Of a stretch of 64,000 nucleotides of DNA, positions 36,638-47,273 are shown one piece after another (the stretch's first letter is position 1; each line of letters starts with the position of its first letter). The notes under the pieces are model-generated. The model saw only the letters and a program-made list of their open reading frames with translations. It was not told the origin of the DNA and did not search any database. The DNA is taken from contig OZ024766.1 in assembly GCA_964016885.1 (NCBI GenBank), positions 15,376,001 through 15,440,000 of the forward strand, in the 5' to 3' direction. This DNA is from Eledone cirrhosa. Lineage: Eukaryota. The position numbers and the translations under genes were made by a program.

Positions 36638-39600
36638 CTACAGGCTGATATAGAGAGAAGACCCATTCACTCTGGCCATTCTCCCTACTTTCACCCACCT
36701 TTCATAAAACTTGCTGGGGTAGAGCACCTCTCTCTCCATTCTGATCCTTCTTTTAAAATGGTATTTGAAAAAGGGGACCAGTTGTTGGCCGGAGAGAAAG
36801 GTGTCTGACCTCAGCCCTTTCAGCCTCGTCCACCATACAACTTCTTTAGCCATGGCTATCACACAGAGAAAAACCGCCTCTCCTTCGTTTTTGAAAGGGG
36901 GAGGCGGTTTGATCGTGACAATGGACTCGGTGGTCAACCGGATTGCTCCCACCCTCGACAGTAGTCGTTCCACATAGCCCCACAGGTCAGCAATGCCTGG
37001 GCAGTGTACGAATGCGTGCGCAACGGTTTCGTCATCATGCACGCATCTCGGACAGATCTTATTCAAAGGATCTCTACGCAGGCTCCCATGCCTGTGGAGC
37101 TTGTCTTGAACGGGTAGAGCCCCTCGGTAGCACTGCCAAGCCAGGGACTTTTGGAAGTTGTCCATCGGTCCAGGGCCAAACGTCCTACCAAACAGACTGG
37201 CCAGTTCATCTTCCTCCATGCCTAGAGCTTCTCCGAGAGCATCGTCGCACCTGCTGCGTACCAACCCTCTATAGAATGTCGAGGTGGAGTCTCCACTGAT
37301 TGCCGGGTCCGCTTTCCAGAGGGCCGTGAGCGCCTGGGCACATTCAATGTGCCAGTCGCCCACTTTTCTCGGTCTTTGCTTGACCCATGATTGCAGCTCG
37401 GTGAGCGAGACGAGTCTGGGAAAGGCTCGCCTCACAAACGGGGCCCACACCGGTTGACCGGTGAGGAATACCTGGAGGTGCCGTAGCCTTAATGCGTGTT
37501 TACGCATCTTTAGCCATGATATCCCCAGCCCTCCTTTCGAAGAGTGTTGACAGCAGATGGATCTCCTCACCAAAGGGGTCCGCTTGTTCCAAAGAAATTG
37601 GAACAGCGCGCACTCCATTTTGGCGAGTCTTTTCACTGGGCAAGGCACGACGGTCAAGCGGTAGTAGATGACGGATGCTATATAAGTATTCGCCACCTCC
37701 GCTCGACCTTTCAGGGATAGTTTGCACTGGGCCCACACCCTGGCCGTTAACTCATTCCAGTTTTTCTCCACCTGGAAGTCTGGTCCGAACCAGACCCCAA
37801 GCAGCTTCACCGGGCCCTCTGTCCAGCGTCCGACGACGTCGTTGGAGGGCATCGGTTTGCCTCTCCATGTTCCGAGTTACAAATCGACGGACTTGTCCCG
37901 GTTCAGCTTGGCTCCTGTAAACCTTTCATATTCCTCCAGTAAGGTGCCGATCTCACCGATTTGCGAGGTTTTCGACACCATTACTGTCACGTCATCGGCG
38001 TAGGCCGACGCCGCTTTCTGCAATCCCAGTTCCAAAGGGATGCCCTGCAACCGCTCCAACTTCCGCAGTAGTGGCTCAAGAGCCAGCACATACAGTAGGG
38101 AGGAGAGAGGGCATCCCTGTCGGATGGATCGCATGATTTGGAACGGCTCCGAGAGGTGGCCGTTCACCTTGACCCTTGAGCAGACGTTGCTGCTGTGCAT
38201 CGCAGCAATCCGACACCTGAAAACGGGTCCGAAGCCTGCCGCCGCGAGCACTGCATCCAGGTAACGATGGTCAACCCTATCGAAAGCTTTAGATTGATCC
38301 AAGTTGATCAGGGCCCCACCAAAGCCGGGTTCATTCCCTACCCTCTCTATGATGTATCGCATAAGGTGGAGATTGTCGTGAATGGACCTGGAAGGGAATG
38401 CGCATGTCTGCGCTTCTCTCACCAGGTTTCCGACGACAAGCGCCAACCTCTTCGCTAACACCTTGGCCAAAATCTTTAACTCTGTATTTAGCAGAGTTAT
38501 GGGCCTGAAGTTACTTATGTCATCCCCCTTGTTCTCATCCTTCCTCACCAGCGTAACTACGTCCTTGGTCACAGAACTGGGAATTCTCCCGTTCTGCTGC
38601 CAGTTGCAGTAGACCGCTTCGAGGATATCGGAGAACAAGTCCGGCATCGCTACATATAGCTCGTATGGTAGACCATCGAGACCCGGGGATTTGCGTTTGC
38701 CGCATTGGCTCAGCGCCGCCCCTATCTCAGCAGCTGAAATCGGCCTTTCGCAGGACTTCGCCTCCGCGTCCGAGAGGCGCGGCAGACCGTCGATGTATGG
38801 ATTGAAATCCATAGTCTCACCCAGCGCGCCGCCCCTCTCGAACAGTCGTGCAAAGTGCCGCTGAAAGGCCGCACACATCTGCCCAGGTTCAAGGATCACA
38901 CGCCCATCCTGGTCCTTCAAAGACCGAATCGTGGACTTGTTCCCACTTTTTGCCTCTGTCACTCGGGCCCAGCTCACAGCTTTGGCTCCCTCATTACCCA
39001 GAGCACGTATTTTACTCCTGACAACGCAGCCTTCATGCTTCACCTCAAAGAACTGGTCTAAGGCCATTCTTGATGCCAGCACGCCAGCTACATTGCCACA
39101 CCTAATCGCCTCTTCTACTCTATCTACTAATTCCCTTTCCGTCTTGTTCCTATCCCTTGCTAATTCCTGACTAAAACCTATCGATTCTATTCTAATTGCT
39201 CTCTTAAGAGAGCTCCACCACCTGTTGTTGACAATTGCCCCTGTCAAACTCTGCTTAACTAACGAGCTAATCCGTTTACTGTAAGCTTTGCTTCGCGGTA
39301 AGGACAAGTTCAGCTTCCAGTAACCGGGTCCCTGTCTATGGGTTCTATCAAGGTTGGCTATGCAAGTCACTAACTTGTGATCCGAATAGTCAACCATGAA
39401 CATTTTTGGACAGCTAAATGTGTCCCTATCCTTCTCTCTAACTAGGACCCTATCTAGGTACGACCTAGATGTTCCGCTGCGATTGGTCCACGTCCATAGT
39501 GGTACAGTCGGAAAATCTAGTCGATATCTATCGGCCAGGTCAAATCGGCCGATTAACCTTTTGAGGCTTTTACACCCCCCTCTATTGGCACATGCCCCTA

Positions 39601-40057
39601 CATAGTCCCAACGTGCATCCAGGATACCATTCCAGTCCCCCACTAAAAGCAAGGAGCGGGACGTTCCCAGAAAAGTTTCCAGACGTTGGAAGTATTCCGG
39701 CCGTGCTGCCCAAAAAGGGGCGTACACAGCTATTAGTCTAAGGGCTCCACTTTCACTACTGCCGACGTCTAAAACCACCAGTCGACCCTCCGGGTCCAGG
39801 TGCACCTTCTGTATGGCGAGGCCCAGGTGTTTTCGCAGCAGAACGACAACTCCACCCCCACCCCCCGGTTGACAGAGAGATGCGAAGATCTCAAAGTCGT
39901 CGAAGAGGGGCGCCAGTTGGTGCTCGCTGCTGATCCTGGACTCGCAAATAGCCATTACATCCATTCTATGCGACCTGAGATCGTTTAAAAGTTTGCCTTG
40001 TTTCCAAGACAGTCCCAGGCCGCGTACATTCAGACACCCAACTCTTATATCAGCCAT
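36638..40057 (-). pseudogene. ORF2 of copy B (APE-RT-CCHC) with a premature stop at 37877-37879
   Basis: ORFs of 726 aa and 404 aa are collinear with the copy A ORF2. Confidence 0.88.
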
Positions 40058-40078
40058 GTTGGTTAAAAGAGGAAGGAC

Positions 40079-41800
40079 CTACCTGTTCGGCTCCTGAGGA
40101 GCAGGTTGCACAATATCCATGGGCGTATTGGAGGGGTTGTTTGGTGGGGTGTTGTTCTGTGGTGGAGTGGGGGTGTTTGGTGAGGTGTGGGTGGGGAAAC
40201 GTTTCAAGAGGACGCGGTTATAGGGTCGAGTACATGTTTTCCCCACGTCCTCAGGAAAGTTCTCTCTTAGTTTTGCATAGGTGTCCATTGGGAGTCTTAT
40301 CATTTTTAAATGCGGTTTGTTGGCCGCGCTTGCAAAGAATTGCCCTTCAGTTTCCACCAAAGGGTCTTTGTGTATTGTTTTTACGAGTTCTTTGTTATTT
40401 GTGTTAATGTATGTATACTGTTTTATTTGTGTTGTGTTTGTTTGTTGTTCTTGTGTGTGCTTACGTTTTGTTGTATGTGTTATGTTTTGGGGTGGGGCGG
40501 ATTTTGTTTGTTCTGTTTGTTTTGTTTTTGTTGGTGGTTGTGTGTTTGTTTCGTTTATGTTCGAGTGGTGCTTTCTTTTTTTCCTTTTTACAGGTTGGAA
40601 GGGTTCCCCCTCTTCGTCACTAGGTGCCGTTTCAGCTGGGTCCTCGTCCGTGCTGTCGGGTAGTGGTGTATTTTGGGGTTTTGTTGTATTTGTGTGTGTT
40701 TTGGGAGTTGTTTTGGGTGGGGCCGTGTCTTGTGTTATTTTTCCGTGTTGTTTTTGTTGTTGTTGTGGTGGTGGTGGTGGTGGCGGTGGTGGTGTGTGGG
40801 GTGTAGGCAAAAGAGCCTTTTTTTTTGTCAATTGAGGACAAGCAGCCCTTAGATGACCCCTGCTTGAACAGTAGTAACATATGGGCCTCCTACCCGCGGC
40901 TGAAATATATATAAATGTTTCTCCATCGAGGGACACCCTCTGTGGTATTCTAGCTATTCGTTCTGGTCTCATTTGGACCAGAACCTCCACGCTCAAACCG
41001 CCGAAAACGTCTGTGGTGACTTCTCCTACTGAAAGGATTCCGTCCTCGTCTTCTAAAAATCCTGTTAGTACCCAGGAAATGCATGCATTTGGCCGGATTC
41101 CGGAGACCCTTATCTTCTGCGTTCTTTTCCCTAAATATGTGGGGAAAAATGTATGTAGCTTGGAAACAATTGGCGCCACAGAGTATTTCCTGGCCGTCAA
41201 TTGATCCTTCATTAGGACCGTTATATTCCCATAGAGTGGCCCTTTTTGTATGAACGATATATCACTCCACACATTTTTTAGGACCAGCTCAATCTCTTTT
41301 TGGGATAATTGAGTTGGTTTCCTTGTTATGTTGGAAATTGTTCTGAAAGATATCGTTCTTAGCGTCGTGTCTCTTTTGATTTCTTGTGGGGAGGTGATTG
41401 TGAAGTCTCCTCCTTCTTTGAAAGTTACATACTGTTTCGCTTCCTTCATCTTTTCTCTCAGAGTTGTAATGTCCAGTTGCTTGCAGGTTTGTGTTTTCCG
41501 GACCGCCTGTGCAAAGGAGGCACCAGTAGTGGGTTCGCTTTGTTTGGTGTTATCGTTATTTTTTCCTTGGTTGGTGTTGTGACTATTGCTGTTATTGTCG
41601 TTGTTGTTTTTGTCTGCGTTTATGTGACTTTCTGGGTTTTCACCCATTTTTACAAATTTTTCTTTTAATTCCGTGTTCCATGTTTCTTTTGCAGAAGTCA
41701 GGAGGGGAGACTTAGAGCCTTGTGCTTCTAGCTTCTCTGTATCACCTTTCTTAGGGGGCGTGGCTTTCTCGTTAGGATGAGATGTGAAAATTCCATCCAT
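40079..41800 (-). CDS. ORF1 (gag-like nucleic-acid-binding protein, 573 aa, single CCHC zinc knuckle)
   Basis: Intact ORF with CX2CX4HX4C and a low-complexity P/T/Q/K tail, ending 21 nt upstream of the ORF2 ATG. Confidence 0.88.
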   Translation of the reverse strand: MDGIFTSHPNEKATPPKKGDTEKLEAQGSKSPLLTSAKETWNTELKEKFVKMGENPESHINADKNNNDNNSNSHNTNQGKNNDNTKQSEPTTGASFAQAVRKTQTCKQLDITTLREKMKEAKQYVTFKEGGDFTITSPQEIKRDTTLRTISFRTISNITRKPTQLSQKEIELVLKNVWSDISFIQKGPLYGNITVLMKDQLTARKYSVAPIVSKLHTFFPTYLGKRTQKIRVSGIRPNACISWVLTGFLEDEDGILSVGEVTTDVFGGLSVEVLVQMRPERIARIPQRVSLDGETFIYISAAGRRPICYYCSSRGHLRAACPQLTKKKALLPTPHTPPPPPPPPPQQQQKQHGKITQDTAPPKTTPKTHTNTTKPQNTPLPDSTDEDPAETAPSDEEGEPFQPVKRKKRKHHSNINETNTQPPTKTKQTEQTKSAPPQNITHTTKRKHTQEQQTNTTQIKQYTYINTNNKELVKTIHKDPLVETEGQFFASAANKPHLKMIRLPMDTYAKLRENFPEDVGKTCTRPYNRVLLKRFPTHTSPNTPTPPQNNTPPNNPSNTPMDIVQPAPQEPNR

Positions 41801-42855
41801 TTCTATTAGTTTGCCGTAATAATTTTTAACTGGAAAATTCGCCCCAAAAAGGGGCGAAAATAAATAAACTCAAAGTTTGACGACCAAGGCAAGGGGTTAA
41901 CGTATATTACAGTATAAAAAATTAATCAAAACTCACTTTTGAGTAAGTAAATCAACACACGTCTCTCGTATACGAGATGTTATGTGAGATATTATGTGAG
42001 GTAAAGCCTTTACCACAAAAATACAATAGTATATATAGAGTAATGTAAATGTTATGTGAGGTATTATGTGAGGTAAAGCCTTTACTGTGAAAATACAATA
42101 GTATATATAGAGTAATGTAAATGTTATATGAGGTATTATGTGAAGTAAAGCCTTTACTGTGAAAATACAATAGTATATATAGAGTAATGTAAATGTTATG
42201 TGAGGTATTATGTGAGGTAAAGCCTTTACCACAAACATACAATAGTATATATAGAGTAATGTAAATGTTATGTGAGAGATATTGTGAGGTAAAGCCTTTA
42301 CTGTGAAAATACAATAGTATATATAGAGTAATGTAAATGTTATGTGAGGTATTATGTGAGGTAAAGCCTTTACCACAAAAATACAATAGTATATATAGAG
42401 TAATGTAAATGTTATGTGAGATATTATGTGAGGTAAAGCCTTTACTGTGAAAATACAATAGTATATATAGAGTAATGTAAATGTTATGTGAGGTATTATG
42501 TGAGGTAAAGCCTTTACTGTGACAATACAATAGTATATATAGAGTAATGTAAATGCTAAAGAGTTAAAACATAACTTAACAAATGTTCTTACATAAAGTT
42601 AGGATAGAAGGTTTTAAGATAGTTATAAACATTTTATCATAAACTAAGATGCGTGGCTCTGTGTTTAGAGTATTCGCCTCACAATCGTAAGGTCATGAGT
42701 TTGTTTACCAGCGGAGTGTTGTGTCCTTGAGCAAGACACTTTATTTCATATTATTCCAGTTCACTCAGCTGGCAAAAATGAGTTGTACCTGTAATTCAAA
42801 GGGTCAGCCTTGTCACACTCTGTGTCATGCTGAATCTCCCTGAGAGCTATGTTAA

Positions 42856-43076
42856 CCCTTTAGCATTTAAACTGGCCATATCCGGCCAGAATTCTCTCAC
42901 ATCTTTCTGTTCAAACCAGCCATAACTGGCTGCTCATACTTATGTGAAGGTATTGTTCTCAAAATATATAATATCAAAATCTCATAGATTTGATATTATG
43001 TGAGATAATTATGTAAGATAAAGCCTTTACCACAAAAATGTAATATTAGATATGGAGTAATGTAAATGCTAAAGGG
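42856..43076. mobile_element. TTAA MITE, unit length (221 bp), inserted into a SINE
   Basis: Perfect TIR ccctttagcattta/taaatgctaaaggg, with TTAA duplicated at 42852-42855 and 43077-43080. Confidence 0.92.
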
Positions 43077-43313
43077 TTAAGGGTATGCATGTCTGTGGAA
43101 TACTCAGCCACTTGCACGTTAATTTCATGAACAGGCTGTTCCAGTAATAGTGTCAACTGGAACACTCATTGTTGTAACCGACAGTGCCAGTTCAAGTTCA
43201 AGGGGTAGAGTTGATTCAGACAGTTTGGTATCCAAACAGTTAAACAGTTAGGAACATGTGTGTTTCATGCCAATTATAAATAAATGTCTTTAGTAAATGG
43301 TGACATTCTAGAA

Positions 43314-44164
43314 CAGAGGTTCTCAAACTTTTTCGGGCCATCGTCCCCCACACGGCCTTGTAATACCCTCTAAAACACCACACCTATTTCCAGAGAGACC
43401 TACCTACAAGCAAATTGTAAATAATATAAAAAAAAGGAACGATTGACTTTCGTCAAATCGGACCGAGGAAACAATGTTTCCGTTGGTCTTTCCAATTGCT
43501 AATACTATCTATCGGTCGCAACTCCAGGTCGAAGGAGCAACGTGAAATAAAGTAAATAATATATAATACATAAAATGGTTGATATATAATAAATAATTCT
43601 TTCTACTTTTGGCACAAGGCCAGCAATTACTCCAGTGTATTACTGGTACTGTATTTTATCGACCCAGTAAAGGTGAAAGGCAAAATTAACCTAGGAGGGA
43701 TTTAAAGTCAGATAATAAAAGGCCGTAACTCTATGCTGCAAAGCATGGTGTCCTACCTTCTATAATATATCGACAGTCGATCAACTTCCATCAAATTGGA
43801 CCACGGAATCAATGCTTCCATTGGTCTTTCCAATTGCTAATACTATCTATCAGTTGCAACTCCAGGTAGAAAGAACAACCTCACAACCTCACGATTGCAA
43901 ATCCGATTCTCTAATCACTCAGCCTTCACTATCATCATCATTATCATCATTTTACATCCGCTTTTCCCTGCTTGTAAGGGTGGGACAGGTCTTATTAAAC
44001 ACAGCATCTCTCCATTTGTCACGGTTCCTTGACATCTCCTCCATGAGCTATTTATATATAAAATTTATCATTTGATATTTGATATACTATTATATCCTCT
44101 CCACCCCCATCCTTAAGCCCCAGCACCCCTCTTGGGGCAGTAGCACCCACTTTGAGAACCTCTG
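43314..44164. mobile_element. hAT/Charlie-type MITE with nested SINE fragments
   Basis: TIR cagaggttctcaaa/tttgagaacctctg and 8-bp TSD ttctagaa/ttctagag. Confidence 0.85.
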
Positions 44165-44243
44165 TTCTAGAGGGAAGTGAAATTGTAAAGTGTAACAGGC
44201 AAGAAGGCAAAATCTTTCCAAACAAACAAAAAAACCAACTTAC

Positions 44244-44501
44244 TATCAATATAGTTATAATATATCCTTAGTTGGGAAATATCGTATGTTTGTCTGAGTT
44301 CAAGAGTCCACAATGATGTTGGAGAGCTCATTGTATGAGAACAAGATCTGTGTTGTGGGTTTTGATCGAAGTTACCATCTACAGCCAGGTTAGCTGACAT
44401 TGAGTACATTTCATTGCGACAAACATTGTTTTTCATTAGAATTACACTGCTTGTTTTGTCTGTCGTGGTTTGTGTAGCTACTTCACCAATAGCTATATTT
44501 C
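44244..44501 (-). CDS. Host gene exon, N-terminal half of an F-type lectin domain (NIAIGEVATQTT...ANLAVDGNFDQ...SCSHT...LWTLELRQTYDISQLRIYYNYID)
   Basis: ttttcag acceptor, gtaagt donor, 258 bp, phase 1-1, with N(I/V)A...AVDGN...CSHT...W signature. Confidence 0.87.
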
Positions 44502-45132
44502 CTGAAAAAGAATGAAAGAAAATTTAATGAAAGTCAATTACTATGAAATGAAATGGATCTCAGTCAGTTGAAACGATGATTGATCCAGTGGGAAAAGACA
44601 AATTGTTTTCTATATACTAAACTTTTGAAATATCTTTTACGTTATCTCTAAATTATTCCATATTTCCAGTAGAGGCATGTGGCCTAGTGTTAAGTGTGTT
44701 GGACTTACAATCATAATGTCATGGGTTCGATTTCTGGGGTGGGTTGTGTGTTGTGTTCTTGAGCAAAACACTTCATTTCATGTTGCTCCAGTATACTCTG
44801 CTGAAAATGAGCACCAGCAATAGCTGTGGAGGGTGTAACCCTGCAATGGACTGATGTCCTGTCCAGGAGGAAGTCTTGTACTCACAGTCGTTTTATGCCA
44901 TGAAACCAGGATAAGCATTGGCCTAATGAGCCTTCAGGCTTGAGACAGTATAGTCCTATACGAACGAGACACGGTCACCCGACCAATCTTGCCTCAATTG
45001 GGACAACTCCCGACTAACCCATGCTAGCATGGAAGATAGACGTAAACGATGATGATGATGATGATGATATAGCAACCTCAGCCTCAACAGTGACAGCAAC
45101 AACAACGGCATGATAATTAGAAATCTACTTAC

Positions 45133-45276
45133 TATAGGTTTTTACTTGGCAATCCGGTCCGGTCCATCCTTCTTCACAGCCATATGGGCAAGCCCCAGTT
45201 TGTTGATGGCAGTCAGCATCGTTTAAACAATGGCATTGCTTGTTACAAGTATATCCATACCATTGAGATGCACAAC
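45133..45276 (-). CDS. Host gene exon, EGF repeat (GCASQWYGYTCNKQCHCLNDADCHQQTGACPYGCEEGWTGPDCQVKTY)
   Basis: aacatag acceptor, gtaagt donor, 144 bp, phase 1-1. Confidence 0.9.
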
Positions 45277-46395
45277 CTATGTTAAAAGTTAGAATTTATC
45301 ACACTGATGGACTACATTTCCACAGTTCTCTCTCATCTACAGTTAATTGTTTCTACTATTTGGCACAAGGTACCAGTAATACACAGGGGTAATTGCTGAA
45401 TTACCTCAGTGCATTACTGGAACTTTATTTTATTGACCCCCCCCATAAGAATGAAAGGCAAACCTTGGCGGGTTTGAAATCAGAACATAAAGGTCCATAA
45501 TTCTATGCTGCAAAGCATGGTGTCTCACACTCTACGGATTACTGCCAATCCAATAATAATAATTGTTTCTACTTTTGGCACAAGGCCAGCCAGCAATTAC
45601 CCCCAGTGCATTACTGGTACTTTATTTTATCGACCTCCGTAAGAATGAAAGGCAAAGCTAACTTCAGCAGGATTTGAACTCAGAACGTAAAGGGCCATAA
45701 TTCTATGCTGCAAAACATGGTGTCTGATGCTCTACGGATTACTGCCAGTCCAATCCAGCAATTACCCCCAGTGCATTACTGGTACATTATTTTATCGACC
45801 CCTGTAAGGATGAAAGGCAAAGTTAACCTCGGCGGGATTTGAACTCAGAACATAAAGGGCCGTAAAAATGGTGTCTGACACTCTACCGATTACTGCCAGT
45901 CTCACATAATTATCTCACCTAATATTATGGTCTGAGTTCAAATCCCGTCGAGGATAACTTTACCATTCATCCTTACGGGGGTCGATAAAATAAAGTACCA
46001 GTAATACACTAGGGTAATTGCTGGCCTTGTGCCCCCAAAAGTAGAAACATAATATTGAATATATTAGATTTTGATATTATCTATTTTGAGAACATTATCT
46101 TAACATTAATAAGGGCGGTGGGTTGGCAGTATCAGTGGAGGGTCGGACGCCATGCTTTCCAGCATAGAGTTACGGCCCTTTACGATCTGAGTAATGCACT
46201 GGGTAATTGCTGGCCTTGTGCCCAAAGTAGAAACAATTATCTTAACATTAATATGAACGGCTGGTTACAGCCAGTTTGAACAGAAAGAGGTGAGAGAATT
46301 CTGGCCAGATACAGTCGCTTTAAATGCTAAAGGGTTAACAGTCACAGTTTGTAGAGATTAACAACTAAAGTTTGAATGAATAAAGATCAACAGAC

Positions 46396-46545
46396 CTGAT
46401 AATGATAATGTTTCGATACAGGTACCCTCTCCTTTTATAGAAATAGACCAAGCGTTTACATCCCCTGAACAGCTCAAAGGTCTGGTTGTACATATTGATT
46501 TACAAAAGGGTTCCTTAGATTTGTCAAAAAATACCAAAACTGTCT
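46396..46545 (-). CDS. Probable host gene exon (ETVLVFFDKSKEPFCKSICTTRPLSCSGDVNAWSISIKGEGTCIETLSLS)
   Basis: atttcag acceptor, gtctgt donor, 150 bp, phase 1-1, open in the frame of the next exon. No domain recognised. Confidence 0.65.
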
Positions 46546-46557
46546 CTGAAATGAGAA

Positions 46558-46629
<72 letters not shown>

Positions 46630-46901
46630 TCATCATCATCATCATCATCAACGTTTAACGTCCGTGTTCCACGCTTGCATGGGTTTGGACGGGGGTATTC
46701 CCACTTGAGGCAAGAGTGATTGTCTTGCTCGCATAGGACTGTCTGGCAGGTTTTCTACAGTTGGATGCCCTTCCTAACACCAACCACATTTACAGTGTGG
46801 GACTGGGAGGTTTTTACCGTAATATACATATATAATATATATATAATATATATATAATATATATATATAATATACATATATAATATATATATATAATATA
46901 T

Positions 46902-47072
46902 TTTTAATATAGATGAGATTCTACAGGACTAGAACTGTTTCATTCATTAGAAATCATCAGGAATCTGGGTATCAAAAAATAAATACCATATTTATTTTTT
47001 GATACCCAGATTCCTGATGATTTCTAATGAATGAAACAGTTCTAGTCCTGTAGAATCTCATCTATATTAAAA
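46902..47072. repeat. Perfect inverted repeat with 84-bp arms and a 3-nt loop
   Basis: 46902-46985 is the exact reverse complement of 46989-47072. Confidence 0.95.
47008..47058 (+). ncRNA. Type I hammerhead motif; mirror copy on the minus strand at 46916-46966
   Basis: agattc-CTGATGA-tttc taat gaat-GAA-acag ttctagtc ctgt-A-gaatct. 6-bp stem I, 4-bp stem III, GUA triplet, weak stem II. Confidence 0.75.
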
Positions 47073-47273
47073 CTGTTATACTCTGCTATGTATTGAGTAC
47101 CTTACTTACTGTGGTTACCTCCGATTCAACCCGGAATAACGTATATATAATATATATATATATAATATACATATATAATATATATATAATATATATATAT
47201 AATATATATATATAATATACATATATAATATATATATAATATATATATATAATAGATATATAATATATATATA

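Larger units (their letters stand above)
36401..41976 (-). mobile_element. L1/Tx1-clade non-LTR retrotransposon, copy B, apparently full length (5.58 kb)
   Basis: 5' UTR, ORF1 at 40079-41800, ORF2 at 36638-40057 with one premature stop, 3' UTR ending AATAAAGAAACC. Confidence 0.95.
29701..42563. mobile_element. TTAA MITE inflated to 12.9 kb by a SINE, a 72-bp minisatellite and two LINEs
   Basis: Left ttaa|ccctttagcatttaaaccgg at 29697-29720, right aaatgctaaagag|ttaa at 42551-42567. The flanking internal sequence is collinear with the unit-length copy at 42856-43076. Confidence 0.88.

Noticed and set aside
31007-41668. Many plus-strand ORFs shared by both LINE copies
   Set aside because: They are antisense shadows of ORF1 and ORF2, and their recurrence reflects copy similarity only.
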